A DNA stretch of 64,000 nucleotides, taken from positions 1-64,000 of IMG/VR virus record IMGVR_UViG_3300028384_001500. One strand, 5' to 3'. Position 1 is the stretch's first letter; the number at the start of each line of letters is the position of its first letter. The position numbers and the translations under genes were made by a program. The notes under the pieces were generated by a model. It searched no databases and was not told where the DNA came from. It saw only the letters and a list, made by a program, of their open reading frames with translations. Below are positions 25,069 to 35,910 of the stretch, in pieces.

Positions 25069-25824
25069 TTATAATATTACTAGTTTTCCTCTTTCGAACA
25101 AAAAATGATATGAATCTTCCCAAAATACAACAGGTGGAAAATTACCAGCTGGACTTTGACCGTGGGTTAAGTTTTGTTCACCAATCCCACAGTCTTCTAC
25201 GTCGTATCTACTAACATATGTTTTATTTGCAATATTCATTATAGCAGTAACTACTTTATGACGAGCATCAACTTCAGAATCCATACCCATGTGATCATCA
25301 ATATCAGACTGGGTTATTTCTTTCTTTTTTGCTGCAACTCTAATCACCATGTTGTTAAGATCTTCGGGTTCTATTGCATAAGGCTGTGATCTATTATCTT
25401 TTGCCAAATAAAAGACCGGCCCATCCCAACCAGCGAGCACATAATTCAATTCTTTCCCCACAATGCTATTTAAAATACTAAAATCGCTCGAGGTTAAATA
25501 GTTTCCAATTTCTCCTATTCTTCTTGAAAATGCTTTATTATTAAAATCATTGATATCATCTACATAGTCTGAACCCTTGTAAGGTAATTCTTCGTAAGGA
25601 GCGCTATTGTCGTTTGGAAATACTAATTCATCTTGCTGAAGAGACGACGCTAGCTGATAGCCAGCCCTGCGATCTTCTTCGCTATCTGACGTCGTCAATT
25701 GTGAGGTCTTTTTTCTTATTTGAGGGGTGACGTGCATACTAGGATCCCTAGGCCACTTGTAATAATTGCTTCCGTAAATCGCTTCATTGATTAACTCTCT
25801 AAGCTTTCTTCTATTTAATTTCAT
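25069..25824 (-). CDS. Leader-bearing protein
   Basis: MKLNRRKLRELINEA. Confidence 0.7.
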   Translation of the reverse strand: MKLNRRKLRELINEAIYGSNYYKWPRDPSMHVTPQIRKKTSQLTTSDSEEDRRAGYQLASSLQQDELVFPNDNSAPYEELPYKGSDYVDDINDFNNKAFSRRIGEIGNYLTSSDFSILNSIVGKELNYVLAGWDGPVFYLAKDNRSQPYAIEPEDLNNMVIRVAAKKKEITQSDIDDHMGMDSEVDARHKVVTAIMNIANKTYVSRYDVEDCGIGEQNLTHGQSPAGNFPPVVFWEDSYHFLFERGKLVIL

Positions 25825-26399
25825 TTTCTTCCTACCTTTGTATAATAATCAATTAAAAATGCCCTACTATTTAGAAAATCTTCCATAGTAAAAGGATCCG
25901 GATCGCTTGCGCCTGAAGCTTCTAAATTATCCAAGTCATCTTGTATGTCTTCACTACTTTTATTTTTTACAGCTTTGGCAATTGCAACAATAATACTCAT
26001 AGCCTTATTTACATCCATGCCATTTAACACACTTACAAATTTTTGTCCGGCAATATGTATTATTTTATGTTCGCCCTTTCCATAATTAACAGCAATAGCA
26101 ACGCCTTCTTGCAGTGCATCGATAGTTAAACTCACATCAGGATCGATCATGTTTTTAACTACTTGCCGTTTAAAAGGAACTATTCCGTCGCTTCTAACAA
26201 AATGATGATATCCTATTCTTTTCAAACGACTGATAACTTCCATAGGCCAATCTTTTGGTCCTCCACCCTCATCATCGTCATCCAGAGGTGGTAAATCAGG
26301 AGGACCGCCACTGGTTAAATCTAGGTCACCAAAGTCTCCAGTAATATCTCTAAATTCTTTAAGAATTAATTTTTTAAGTTGTCTTCTTGTAATTTTCAC
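25821..26399 (-). CDS. Leader-bearing protein with Gly/Pro/Asp linker
   Basis: MKITRRQLKKLILKEFRD. Confidence 0.7.
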   Translation of the reverse strand: MKITRRQLKKLILKEFRDITGDFGDLDLTSGGPPDLPPLDDDDEGGGPKDWPMEVISRLKRIGYHHFVRSDGIVPFKRQVVKNMIDPDVSLTIDALQEGVAIAVNYGKGEHKIIHIAGQKFVSVLNGMDVNKAMSIIVAIAKAVKNKSSEDIQDDLDNLEASGASDPDPFTMEDFLNSRAFLIDYYTKVGRK

Positions 26400-26414
26400 T
26401 TTTATTTCCTTAAT

Positions 26415-28709
26415 TTAAATATTATGCAATACATCGTTATCTAAAGACCAAATACCTTCGCTAATTCTTGCCTTAATTTCATCAGCAATTTTTGTCTTAA
26501 TATCGTCAGGTACCGGTCGTGTAATTGTTTCTACAGATCCGTCAGCTCGATATCTTTTTATTTCTTGGGTTTTAAGTTCCATACTATTATACTTATCTAG
26601 TAAAAATTGATCATCACATTTTACTTTATTATATATGAATATATCGTGATATTCAAGAAAATGTTTCTTGAAATGCTGTATGGCTCTTTCAGAAATGTAG
26701 TTACTAGCTGCGATATAAGAGAGTAAACGTGCAAGAGGATTATCACCAGCAGAATTCGCATCATATTGTGCAAACTCCCCTGTTAGTAGAGGTTCAATAT
26801 AAATATCGATATCAGCTTGATGAGCATACTTAGATATCTTTTCTCTACCTTTAAGTCCTCCTTCGGGTTCGATAAATCTATAAAACTCTGATAAACTCAT
26901 TTGAAAAAACTCAGGAAAGTGTTCATCAATTGCATTTTCTAATTCTTGAATCATGACTGGCGTCTCTTGCCTTGTCATTCTATAGTAAACATTATGAGAA
27001 GGCAGCATTGATAATACTCTGATCATAAGTCCGGTAGCCAACCCATCTTCGTCAGTCATGCGAGGTAATGTTCTTCTCTTACCATCTGGCCCTCTAACAG
27101 GCAAAAAACCAAAGTCTACTAATCGACGCATAATTTTTAAAAAATAATTAAATCTATGTTCTATAACTTCTGTAAAAAATTTGCTTTTAAGTTCTTCATT
27201 TTGAGAACTGGTATATACACTTTCTACAGTTCTTAATCCTCTATAGTCACTATCATATTTTGATGATTTAGAGTTATCTATAATATTCTGCACTCCTTTT
27301 TCACTTAAGACGTCTGATTCGTATTTGTTAATCTCACTCGCAAAGTTAGGGTGTGGCGGAAAAATTAGATGCTGAACTTCCATAACTTCATCAACTAGTT
27401 CTTCAAAATAGTAATCAATATCATCCTCAGAAACGTTAGTTTTGCCTAATGTAAGTTGTGTATGAAGTACTAAATACTTTTGAAAAAAATCACCTGCTAA
27501 AAGGTGGCTTTGACGAATTAAAATAAAATTAACGATATCTTTTATTGCCCTTTTTGAGTTACTTTTAAAAGCATAGCTTTTATTTTCCTTAAATGCGTCA
27601 ATGGGGTTTGAAGAACTCGTAATTAGCCTATAAACTCTTTCAACAGTATCAAGAGTTATACCTGAATTCTCACCTTTAGGTTTTTTAATGCTATGCAGTA
27701 AAAAGATCGGATCATAAAAAAATATGAATTCAAAAACTTCTTGAGACTTTTCATAGCTTGATGCAGAAATCTGTTCAATGTAATCTCTTTTTTCGTCTTC
27801 ACCGTAATCCTTGATTACACTTTTTAAGTATAGTATATCTTGGCATGCTCTTTTAAATGACTCTTTTGCTGGGTGGTTACTACCTATTACTTGAGCTTCG
27901 GCTTTAAGTATCCCCATTATCTTGTCGTAATATTGGCCCAGGCCTGCCTCAGATCTTAAGTGGTGATCTTTTATTCCTTTGTTCGCCGCATCTACTGATA
28001 AACTACCATCTTGACCGGTAAGAGTAGGCGAACCATGAACAAATCCAATTGAAATACGTGAGTCGTTATTATCCATAAATGGTTCTTTTTGCACTTTAAA
28101 AGGATCGTCAGGAGTACGACTATAGTCCATAACATAAAAAAGAATAATGTCTTCTTTTTCTCTACCCACATAAGAAAGAAAAAGATTTTGACCTTTTGTT
28201 TTAGTTGTACACCAAGACGTGTCTTTACCACTAATATCGCATGCTGTAGATCCTTTGACAGTCTTTGGTAATAAAATAGTCCATGGGCCTACTTGATCGA
28301 TCTTTTCTACCTGATTCGGATCATCAATCGTTTTAACTGTTGGTTCTGGTTTGCTTTTCCTGCTATCAATTAAAGCGTCAACTTGCGATAACACCCTACG
28401 CAAATCATTAACCGTTTTATAATTTTTTTTAGATAAGTTAGTAGGATATCCGTTTTCTCTCACAATTGCTTGTACTTGAGGCTCAAAAAATCTAATGACG
28501 TCGGGGACAACGTCTTGGATAGGCTCTGTACCACGTGTTTTCTGAATCCAAGATAGTTTGTCAATCACAGTTAGCCCTTTATTATATGCATCGAGAAGAG
28601 GCGTTTGATCAGGTTTCGGCTGAGTTTTGATCCATTCTCTTGTTTTTCTACTCTCAAGCAGCAGGCTTTCTAATAAAATTTTTCTTAGTCTTCTTTTTGT
28701 TATTTTCAT
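26415..28709 (-). CDS. Leader-bearing WCT-domain protein, paralog 1
   Basis: MKITKRRLRKILLESLLLE; GPWTILLP..CDISGKDTSWCTTK..NLFLSYVG. Confidence 0.78.
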   Translation of the reverse strand: MKITKRRLRKILLESLLLESRKTREWIKTQPKPDQTPLLDAYNKGLTVIDKLSWIQKTRGTEPIQDVVPDVIRFFEPQVQAIVRENGYPTNLSKKNYKTVNDLRRVLSQVDALIDSRKSKPEPTVKTIDDPNQVEKIDQVGPWTILLPKTVKGSTACDISGKDTSWCTTKTKGQNLFLSYVGREKEDIILFYVMDYSRTPDDPFKVQKEPFMDNNDSRISIGFVHGSPTLTGQDGSLSVDAANKGIKDHHLRSEAGLGQYYDKIMGILKAEAQVIGSNHPAKESFKRACQDILYLKSVIKDYGEDEKRDYIEQISASSYEKSQEVFEFIFFYDPIFLLHSIKKPKGENSGITLDTVERVYRLITSSSNPIDAFKENKSYAFKSNSKRAIKDIVNFILIRQSHLLAGDFFQKYLVLHTQLTLGKTNVSEDDIDYYFEELVDEVMEVQHLIFPPHPNFASEINKYESDVLSEKGVQNIIDNSKSSKYDSDYRGLRTVESVYTSSQNEELKSKFFTEVIEHRFNYFLKIMRRLVDFGFLPVRGPDGKRRTLPRMTDEDGLATGLMIRVLSMLPSHNVYYRMTRQETPVMIQELENAIDEHFPEFFQMSLSEFYRFIEPEGGLKGREKISKYAHQADIDIYIEPLLTGEFAQYDANSAGDNPLARLLSYIAASNYISERAIQHFKKHFLEYHDIFIYNKVKCDDQFLLDKYNSMELKTQEIKRYRADGSVETITRPVPDDIKTKIADEIKARISEGIWSLDNDVLHNI

Positions 28710-31000
28710 TAGTATCCGTCCATTTCAATATTAAGCTCTTCCAATATTTCTGTTCCTAGTGTCCAAGTGCTAGGATAAGCATAGAATGCTCTGTCTTCTA
28801 TCTCTGCATACACAAGATCTCCAAAATAGGTTTTGTCTTCGATTGTTCTTGTATACTGTGTGTCTGGTAGTTGTGGACCTTCTGACGCTGAATAGTACCT
28901 TAATACTCTATAAAGGTCAACTAGATATTGATCGCTTGAATACTTAGGATTTCTTAAAAAACCGTCAAAGTCAACACACATATTGTTTTTTATATAGTTT
29001 GCCATTTTTTCTGAAATAAAAGGACTGCCTATTAAAAATCTTATTAATTCATCAAAAAATGTTATTTCTCTAGAGGGAGTCCAACGATTTTGGCCAAACC
29101 CAGTAAGCCAACCCAAGTCTGAATCTTTAACATATGTGCTAATCATTAAACTGTTTATTCCTCTATTTCCTCCCTTAATAAAACTTTTAAATTGACTAGG
29201 CTTCATTTGATAAAATTCAGGAAATATCGATACAAAATAGTTTTCAACATCCTGGATTAACTTTTGCTGCATTCCTCTAGCATTTTCAATAAAGGCTCCT
29301 CTTCCACCAACCAATTCTTGCCGCACGATAGTTATCGCAATTCCGTCTTTTTGGTCTAACAAAGGAATATCCAACCCTTCAAATCCACCATATTCGGTAA
29401 ATTTACTGCGACCTTTATCTATTAGATATCGAAAAGATTTTAAGACATGTTCATATCTGGTAGAGACTCCTGACTCATAAAATTTTTCTTTTATATTATC
29501 TGAAGCTATATTGTAAATCCCTCTAATTTGATTTTGCTTACCTTGATCGATAAAATCTTGTATACCTTCATCTGATAATTGGTAAGTATGTCTTTCATGT
29601 ATTTTTTGAGCAATCTTAGGGTGGTATTGAAAACCTCTATGGTGTCCGTAAGATAATATATTTTCAACTAGATCATTCATTCTAACTGATGGGTCAATAA
29701 CTGTTCCTCGACTCATTTGACCTGTGCTAATTAATTTCTCATCAAGTAACTCGTTGTATAGATCAAAGAACTTATCAAACATGACGTCACTCATAAGGTA
29801 GCTTTTAAAAGTCAACACGTCAAAAATAAGCATGTCACTAGAATATCTTGAGCCACCTTGATATTGTGCAAATATTTTGCCCAAAGCAAGTCTTTTTGTT
29901 GAGAATTCATTATATATTTTTTCTAAGGTATCTTTCGAAAAATTCACAGTTTGGTAGCCTTCGCCTCTAGCTCTAATTACATCATAAAAAGTATCTGGTG
30001 TAGAAAACAAAATAAATTCCACAACTTCTGGGGATGCCTCATTTAAATTTGCTGCCACCTGATTAAGGTAGTCATTCTTTGCATCCTTATCATAGTCTTT
30101 GATTATATTTTTTAAATACAGTAAGTCTTTTCTAGCTCGTTTAATAGACTCTTTAGCAGGGTGATTTGAGCCAATAGTCGTAGCTTCAGCTGTTAAAATT
30201 GACATAATTTGATCGTAATACTGTCCTAGGCCATTATTTGAGCTAAGTATTCTTTTGTTTAGACCCATGTTTGCTGCATCAACTGACAAACCCCCACTTT
30301 GACCGTCAAGTACAGGGCTGCCATTCATAAACCCAATGCACATTCGACTGTCATTGTTTGCCATGCAAGCTTCTTTTCTGACTTTGTGAGGATCATCTGG
30401 GGTGCGACTGTAATCCATGATATAGAAAAGAATAATATCAGCATTTTCTCTGCCTACATAAGAGAGAAATAGATTTTGCCCACGAGATTTTGTTGTGCAC
30501 CAAGTTGTATCTTTTCCACTAATATCACAAGACACAGAACCAGTTACAGTTCTGGGCATTAAGATTGTCCATGGGCCTACTTCGGCTATCTTGTCAACAT
30601 GGCTAGGATCATCAATAGGATTTGTTTGTTGCGTTGATGTAGCTGCTTTTCTGCTATCAATAAGCGTATCTACTTGTCTAATTACTCTACGCAATTCTCC
30701 CACAGTTGGGTAAGTTCTTCTATTTAAGTTAGTCTGATATCCGTTTTCTTTTACAATTGCCTGTACTTGCGGCTCAAAAAATCTAACGACGTCTGGTACT
30801 ACATCTTGGATAGGCTCTGTGCCTCTGACCTTTTGAATCCAAGATAATTTATCAACAACTGTTAGCCCTTTATTGTAACCGTCAAGTAGTGCTTCTTGAT
30901 CGGGTTTAGGCTGAGTCTTGATCCATTCTCTTGTTTTTCTACTCTCAAGCAATAAACTTTCCCATAAAATTTTTCTAAGTCTTTTCTTTGTAATCTTCAT
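28709..31000 (-). CDS. Leader-bearing WCT-domain protein, paralog 2
   Basis: First ~300 aa clearly similar to paralog 1; C-terminal half divergent. Confidence 0.78.
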   Translation of the reverse strand: MKITKKRLRKILWESLLLESRKTREWIKTQPKPDQEALLDGYNKGLTVVDKLSWIQKVRGTEPIQDVVPDVVRFFEPQVQAIVKENGYQTNLNRRTYPTVGELRRVIRQVDTLIDSRKAATSTQQTNPIDDPSHVDKIAEVGPWTILMPRTVTGSVSCDISGKDTTWCTTKSRGQNLFLSYVGRENADIILFYIMDYSRTPDDPHKVRKEACMANNDSRMCIGFMNGSPVLDGQSGGLSVDAANMGLNKRILSSNNGLGQYYDQIMSILTAEATTIGSNHPAKESIKRARKDLLYLKNIIKDYDKDAKNDYLNQVAANLNEASPEVVEFILFSTPDTFYDVIRARGEGYQTVNFSKDTLEKIYNEFSTKRLALGKIFAQYQGGSRYSSDMLIFDVLTFKSYLMSDVMFDKFFDLYNELLDEKLISTGQMSRGTVIDPSVRMNDLVENILSYGHHRGFQYHPKIAQKIHERHTYQLSDEGIQDFIDQGKQNQIRGIYNIASDNIKEKFYESGVSTRYEHVLKSFRYLIDKGRSKFTEYGGFEGLDIPLLDQKDGIAITIVRQELVGGRGAFIENARGMQQKLIQDVENYFVSIFPEFYQMKPSQFKSFIKGGNRGINSLMISTYVKDSDLGWLTGFGQNRWTPSREITFFDELIRFLIGSPFISEKMANYIKNNMCVDFDGFLRNPKYSSDQYLVDLYRVLRYYSASEGPQLPDTQYTRTIEDKTYFGDLVYAEIEDRAFYAYPSTWTLGTEILEELNIEMDGY

Positions 31001-31003
31001 AAT

Positions 31004-33493
31004 TTAATACTCAACATCAAAATCAAGAAAGTCTTCTTGACTGTTAGCTATTTCCATTTCTTTTTGTTTCCGCTCCACAATACTTTTTATCTCAATTGAT
31101 TTTTCCGGAAAAGTTGATATTAACCATCTTTCGTATGTGCCTACAACGTACTTAAAACCAGTTGAGCATTTGACATTTTTAAAAAAGTGCATTATTATTT
31201 TTTCAGTTCTGTATTTATCTATGTTGGTCATTCTTTGATACAAATAACCTCCAGGCGCGTCTTCTGTTAATATTTTTTCCACGGCGCCTACAGACAAAGC
31301 TCCAGATCCAATCATGCCGGCGATTGCATTTGCTGCATGGTATATACCCATTAGATCTGAATCTTTAAATTCGTTAGCTATTTGGTAAGATTGAACTAGG
31401 GGGAAGTTTTTAATAGAGGGGAACATTACTAAAAGTTTATAGACTAACTCTCCTACTGGTGCATAAAAATGCTGATATAAGCCAGGCGGCAGCTTAAGAT
31501 CTTCTTTCAGGTAGTCAGCATTTAGTCCTATAACTCTGTCATAAGCAGCTCTACAAAATATTACTTCGAGTGGAAATTCTCTATCAGCTAATTTTACCCC
31601 TTTGCTGTCGTATTCTTTTGACATTTCAAAATATTTAAGGTAATTTTCTTTTATTTTTAGACTATTAAACTCTTGCTCGTTTAAAAATCTTCCACCCTCT
31701 TCAGGCTTTAGGAAGGGTGATGCTATTAACGATATCACATTAGAAAAAACATCATTAACAATATCAAAATCGTATACTTTTGAAAGATCACCACCTCTAT
31801 CAGATTTAAAATCTTCCATGCTGTTTTTTGCTCTTTCAAAAACTGTATCGATTAAATCTTGAGTGGGAATAGCGTTGTACTCTTTCATAAATAATAAAAT
31901 ATCATCAGGTAACCGATCACCTTCAATGCCAACATAACCATACTGGTTTTTTGTAAAGTCTAATATGACATACATTGCAAAAGTTTTATCATCTACATTT
32001 TTCGGCCTAATTACATTTGTCTGCGCCCCTAATCTTTCAATTATATTTTCATCTGTTTTGTGTGCTTTGTAAAAATAATCAACAATCTTGTTGTGAATCA
32101 TGTTGAAAACATTTTTATTAATACTACTGCTAACACCCGGTGCACCAACTAATACTAATAACATTCTTGCTTTTTGATCTGATACCTTGTCCCACGTACT
32201 ATTTTCGCTCAAGTCCATCAAGTCTTTTGAAAACATCCACTTATCAGACTTTGTAGCTGCGTCAACTTTTCTAACATACTCTTTAATTTTTTTAGTACTT
32301 GCATTTTTAAAAACGTAAGGTAGCGCATTGTTATGAAAATTATAATTTCTCCAAAACAAAAATTCAATAACAGGAGGAGAGAATACTTCAGCCGGATCTT
32401 CACCGTTATCTTCCATCTTCGCCCAATAATTACTTAACTCACTATAAAAAGACTGTTTAGATTCAGGCTTAAAATCTTTAATGTGATCTTTTAAAAAGAA
32501 TATATCACGTGCAGCATTTTCTAAAAGTCCTTGTGCTGGGTGTTTTCCGTCTAAAGAATCAGATTTATCTTTAAGTAGTTTCATTATTTGAGTGTAATGT
32601 GGACCTAAAGCCTGTTTGACATCTTCTTCATTCAATCCCATATTTGCGGCATCGACAGACATACCTCCATGACCTTGACCAAAAATAGGTTGACCACCTC
32701 GAAAACCTATTGATAATCTACTGTCGTTATTTGCGATACACGACTTTTGTCTAGGCGTCTTAGGATCGTCAGGTTTTCTGCTATAATCCATCACATAAAA
32801 AAGAATAACCTCGGCACTACCGCCTACATAATTATGAAACAAGTTTTCACCGTCTCTTTTTGTAGTGCACCAAGTCGTATCACGTGCTGTGCTGATATCA
32901 CAAGATATTGAACCACCAACAGTAATTGGCATCAATACTGACCATGGGCCAACTTGTCCAAGAATATCTACATCATCAGTGTTAAAACCTTGAGGATTGT
33001 TAGCAGTTGCAACTATTTTTGAAGGCTCTTTTTTGCGCAATTTTTCTTCTTCTCTTCTTTTATTAGTTGCATCGATTAAATCAGTTACTTTTGTCAGTGC
33101 CATGATATTAGGATAGTAGCTAGTTGTTAAGTTTGTATGAATACCTGCCCCTCTCATCATGTTTTGATTCTGAGGTTCGAGAAACTTTTTTACCGCATCG
33201 ACGATATAAAGAATGTCAATGCTATCTCCATATTCAATGTCAGTTTGCGTTACTTCTCCCGGTGATAATGGGATTCCTAACTCTTGATAGTTTATTGGAA
33301 TATTCTTTCTAATTTTTTTAATCCAAGCAAGAGCATCTAATTTAGTAATACCGTCATTATAGGCAATTAAAAGATCAGCGCCTTCGCTAGGATCATCAGG
33401 GTCGACATTAGACTTAATCCACTCTCTTGCAGCACGTGTTTCTAAAATAATATATTCTATTAATAGACTTAAATTTTCTTTTTTAATTTTCAC
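31004..33493 (-). CDS. Leader-bearing WCT-domain protein, paralog 3 (start reassigned to GTG 33493)
   Basis: MKIKKENLSLLIEYIILETRAAREWIK; GPWSVLMP..CDIS..TTWCTTK..NLFHNYVG. Confidence 0.75.
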   Translation of the reverse strand: MKIKKENLSLLIEYIILETRAAREWIKSNVDPDDPSEGADLLIAYNDGITKLDALAWIKKIRKNIPINYQELGIPLSPGEVTQTDIEYGDSIDILYIVDAVKKFLEPQNQNMMRGAGIHTNLTTSYYPNIMALTKVTDLIDATNKRREEEKLRKKEPSKIVATANNPQGFNTDDVDILGQVGPWSVLMPITVGGSISCDISTARDTTWCTTKRDGENLFHNYVGGSAEVILFYVMDYSRKPDDPKTPRQKSCIANNDSRLSIGFRGGQPIFGQGHGGMSVDAANMGLNEEDVKQALGPHYTQIMKLLKDKSDSLDGKHPAQGLLENAARDIFFLKDHIKDFKPESKQSFYSELSNYWAKMEDNGEDPAEVFSPPVIEFLFWRNYNFHNNALPYVFKNASTKKIKEYVRKVDAATKSDKWMFSKDLMDLSENSTWDKVSDQKARMLLVLVGAPGVSSSINKNVFNMIHNKIVDYFYKAHKTDENIIERLGAQTNVIRPKNVDDKTFAMYVILDFTKNQYGYVGIEGDRLPDDILLFMKEYNAIPTQDLIDTVFERAKNSMEDFKSDRGGDLSKVYDFDIVNDVFSNVISLIASPFLKPEEGGRFLNEQEFNSLKIKENYLKYFEMSKEYDSKGVKLADREFPLEVIFCRAAYDRVIGLNADYLKEDLKLPPGLYQHFYAPVGELVYKLLVMFPSIKNFPLVQSYQIANEFKDSDLMGIYHAANAIAGMIGSGALSVGAVEKILTEDAPGGYLYQRMTNIDKYRTEKIIMHFFKNVKCSTGFKYVVGTYERWLISTFPEKSIEIKSIVERKQKEMEIANSQEDFLDFDVEY

Positions 33494-33494
33494 T

Positions 33495-34061
33495 TTACCA
33501 CCATGTATATTTGCTTTTACCGCCAAATAAGTGTGGGTATCGACCAATTCTACAAGCCCAGTAACCAGCTTTTGTTTTGTCTTTTTTATCTTTGCATTTA
33601 TGACGAGCAGCAAAAGATTTTCTACGGGCAGGATCTTTAAGACCGACAGACATTCCTTTTGCACCAAAAGAAACTTTTTTTACTTTGCCTGTTTTAGGGT
33701 TCTTGACATAGACATAAAACTTTTTGCTTCCGCCGCGCTTTGGCTTATTTAGTTGAACTTTTTTACCCTGATACTCGGCTTCATCCAGGGTTTCTAGATT
33801 GTCAATAGATTCATCTAATTCAGCAGGGATAGGGTAATCAAGGGGAACGTACCCACCATTAAATTCTCCGTATTCTCCTATGTCTGATGTTAATAAATCA
33901 TGATCATACTCATCAGCTTCTATAATTCCTGCGCGGTATGCTTTTTTGGCTTCTACAATAAAAGCAAAAAATGATTTTGAACCCGGCCTGTAAATACTTT
34001 CTCTAATCGGTAAATTATTATTAATATGATAATTCATACCTTCAGACAATAAAAAAGACAT
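33495..34061 (-). CDS. Conserved large-phage protein with basic C-terminal domain
   Basis: LDEAEYQGKKVQLNKP..KKFYVYVKNP..KKVSFG..RRKSFAARHKC..AGYWAC, a segment I recognise from T4-like marine phages. Confidence 0.65.
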   Translation of the reverse strand: MSFLLSEGMNYHINNNLPIRESIYRPGSKSFFAFIVEAKKAYRAGIIEADEYDHDLLTSDIGEYGEFNGGYVPLDYPIPAELDESIDNLETLDEAEYQGKKVQLNKPKRGGSKKFYVYVKNPKTGKVKKVSFGAKGMSVGLKDPARRKSFAARHKCKDKKDKTKAGYWACRIGRYPHLFGGKSKYTWW

Positions 34062-34121
34062 ACGCTACTCCATATGTCTTAATTATCTTCTGTGTATTAT
34101 AAAATTAAAATATTTTAATAG

Positions 34122-34493
34122 TCAATGTTTACCATCAAAAGGATTGTCTCTTTTAAAATAATTTCTTCTTCTTCTAGCAGCATCCGGATCTTCTAAATCT
34201 AGTTCAGGTATTCCGTAATTACCAGACTTAAGTCCTTTTTCTTGTAATATTTTTCTTGCTTCTTCAGCCGGGTTTTCTGATGATCTAATTTTTTCCAAGT
34301 CTCTTCTGGTAAAAGCTTTTTTCATTCTTTCATCTAACATTTTGTGTGCATAAAGTATTGCTGCTGGAGTCCCAACAGCTAAAACAGCCATTGCAGCTTT
34401 AGCTAGTAAAGTTACCATACTAACCATATCACCTTCACTAATTACACCTTCGTTTAATAAAATTTTTTTAATTTGTCTTTTTGTAATTTTCAC
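34122..34493 (-). CDS. Leader-bearing protein with hydrophobic helix
   Basis: MKITKRQIKKILLNEG; AAMAVLAVGTPAAILYA. Confidence 0.7.
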   Translation of the reverse strand: MKITKRQIKKILLNEGVISEGDMVSMVTLLAKAAMAVLAVGTPAAILYAHKMLDERMKKAFTRRDLEKIRSSENPAEEARKILQEKGLKSGNYGIPELDLEDPDAARRRRNYFKRDNPFDGKH

Positions 34494-34858
34494 TTTAGCT
34501 TTCTCCTGCTAAATTTTTTAATTTCCTCAAGTGATTCAAGGATTACTATTTTTACATCATTAACTTCAGATACACTTTGCATTTTGTGGCGTGCAGCATC
34601 AGTCCAGTAACCTTTTACTTCAATATATGTATCATGCTCAGGCAAGTAAAAATCAGGAATGTAGTTTCTTTTTCGACCGGTTTTTGAGAAGTACTTAAGC
34701 TTCATGTCTTCTCTACGATCCCACAATATCTTAAGATGATCTAGCCTCTCTGCCATGGCAACTTCCCATGTACTGTCCATAAGTACTTTACTTCCGTCTT
34801 TTCTTTCGTATAGTGACTGTTTACTCCACAACTTTTTCTTTTTCTTTTTTCTAGGCAT
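34490..34858 (-). CDS. TnsA-N/head-completion-like PD-(D/E)XK endonuclease
   Basis: MDSTWE..KRNYIPDFYL..YIEVKGY; start MPRKK at 34858 via ATGA overlap. Confidence 0.7.
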   Translation of the reverse strand: MPRKKKKKKLWSKQSLYERKDGSKVLMDSTWEVAMAERLDHLKILWDRREDMKLKYFSKTGRKRNYIPDFYLPEHDTYIEVKGYWTDAARHKMQSVSEVNDVKIVILESLEEIKKFSRRKLK

Positions 34859-35292
34859 CAGGTTGAAAAATACCAATTATCCCCTTCGGGTGTAGTTAAG
34901 ACCATGTCATCAACATTGACGACTATATAACCTAAATCAAATAAGTCTTGCAACATTAACTCAACGTGTTCCGATGTAAATTCACCAAAGTCACTGCCGC
35001 CTAGGAGACTATAGTCATTAGAAGAAAGACGTTCTAAGAATCTTGTACCTTCATCTACAACATTGTCGATATGAATACCATAACTACTATCCCAGTTATA
35101 GTCGTCACTACGCATTTCAATAAAACTAAATAGATCTTTTTTGCCTTCTTCATAGTGAGGGTGATTTCTTTCCAGCTGATCTGGGTGTATGCCTAACGTA
35201 ACTCGCATTGCATCTCGATCTAAAGGTCGCTTAGGTGTAAACTTGGTTTCTGCGATTAAACGTCTTAATTGTCTTCTTGTAATTTTTATCAA
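34858..35292 (-). CDS. Leader-bearing protein
   Basis: MIKITRRQLRRLIAE. Confidence 0.7.
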   Translation of the reverse strand: MIKITRRQLRRLIAETKFTPKRPLDRDAMRVTLGIHPDQLERNHPHYEEGKKDLFSFIEMRSDDYNWDSSYGIHIDNVVDEGTRFLERLSSNDYSLLGGSDFGEFTSEHVELMLQDLFDLGYIVVNVDDMVLTTPEGDNWYFST

Positions 35293-35837
35293 AGATACTC
35301 CCCCACTTTTTCCATCGCCTTTTCATATTTATCAGCGAGGTATCCATCAGCTGGCTTAGGGCCATAGCTATATATATCATAACTATTGTAACCATGTTTG
35401 TCAGCTAAGTGATCGTGGATATGTTGATATATATCCATTCCTATTTCTCTAAAATCAAAAGCAGCGCTTCCTTGATCGAATATACTAATTCCTTGAGACT
35501 CTAATTCAACTATTTTTTGATAGCGCCTAATCAATTCATCTGTTAACTCATATGGGATCGGAATGGTTATTGTTTCGTTTGGTGACTGCCCATTTTTCAC
35601 AGCAACTGTATCTAAGGTGACACGGTTTGCAGCTTCGTATGTTCTTAAATCATCTACATAACTACGGTCTTCTGGGTAACCAAAAGAGTGGGCAAAAGAA
35701 TCAGCGTCTACCTCCAGATCTGACGAACTGGCAAAATCATCAATCTTGCCTAGTAGATCTTCACTAGGTACATTAGGAATACTAGGCTTGATTGTTGTTT
35801 CTATTAATCGTCTTAAGATGTTTCTTGTAATTTTCAT
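35289..35837 (-). CDS. Leader-bearing protein
   Basis: MKITRNILRRLIE. Confidence 0.7.
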   Translation of the reverse strand: MKITRNILRRLIETTIKPSIPNVPSEDLLGKIDDFASSSDLEVDADSFAHSFGYPEDRSYVDDLRTYEAANRVTLDTVAVKNGQSPNETITIPIPYELTDELIRRYQKIVELESQGISIFDQGSAAFDFREIGMDIYQHIHDHLADKHGYNSYDIYSYGPKPADGYLADKYEKAMEKVGEYL

Positions 35838-35889
35838 TGTAACCTCTGATGACTATAATTATACAGATCACTATGAAAAATTAAAAAAA

Positions 35890-35908
35890 TGGTGGACCGC
35901 GTGGGAGT
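35890..35908 (-). repeat. Displaced tmRNA 3' fragment ACTCCCACGCGGTCCACCA
   Basis: Shares GCGGTCCAC with the tmRNA 3' end (36680-36688), carries an encoded CCA, and is followed by a T-run. Confidence 0.75.
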
Positions 35909-35910
35909 AG

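Noticed and set aside
33493-33667. N-terminal extension of the 887-aa ORF
   Set aside because: It overlaps the upstream gene; the paralog-matching leader begins at GTG 33493.
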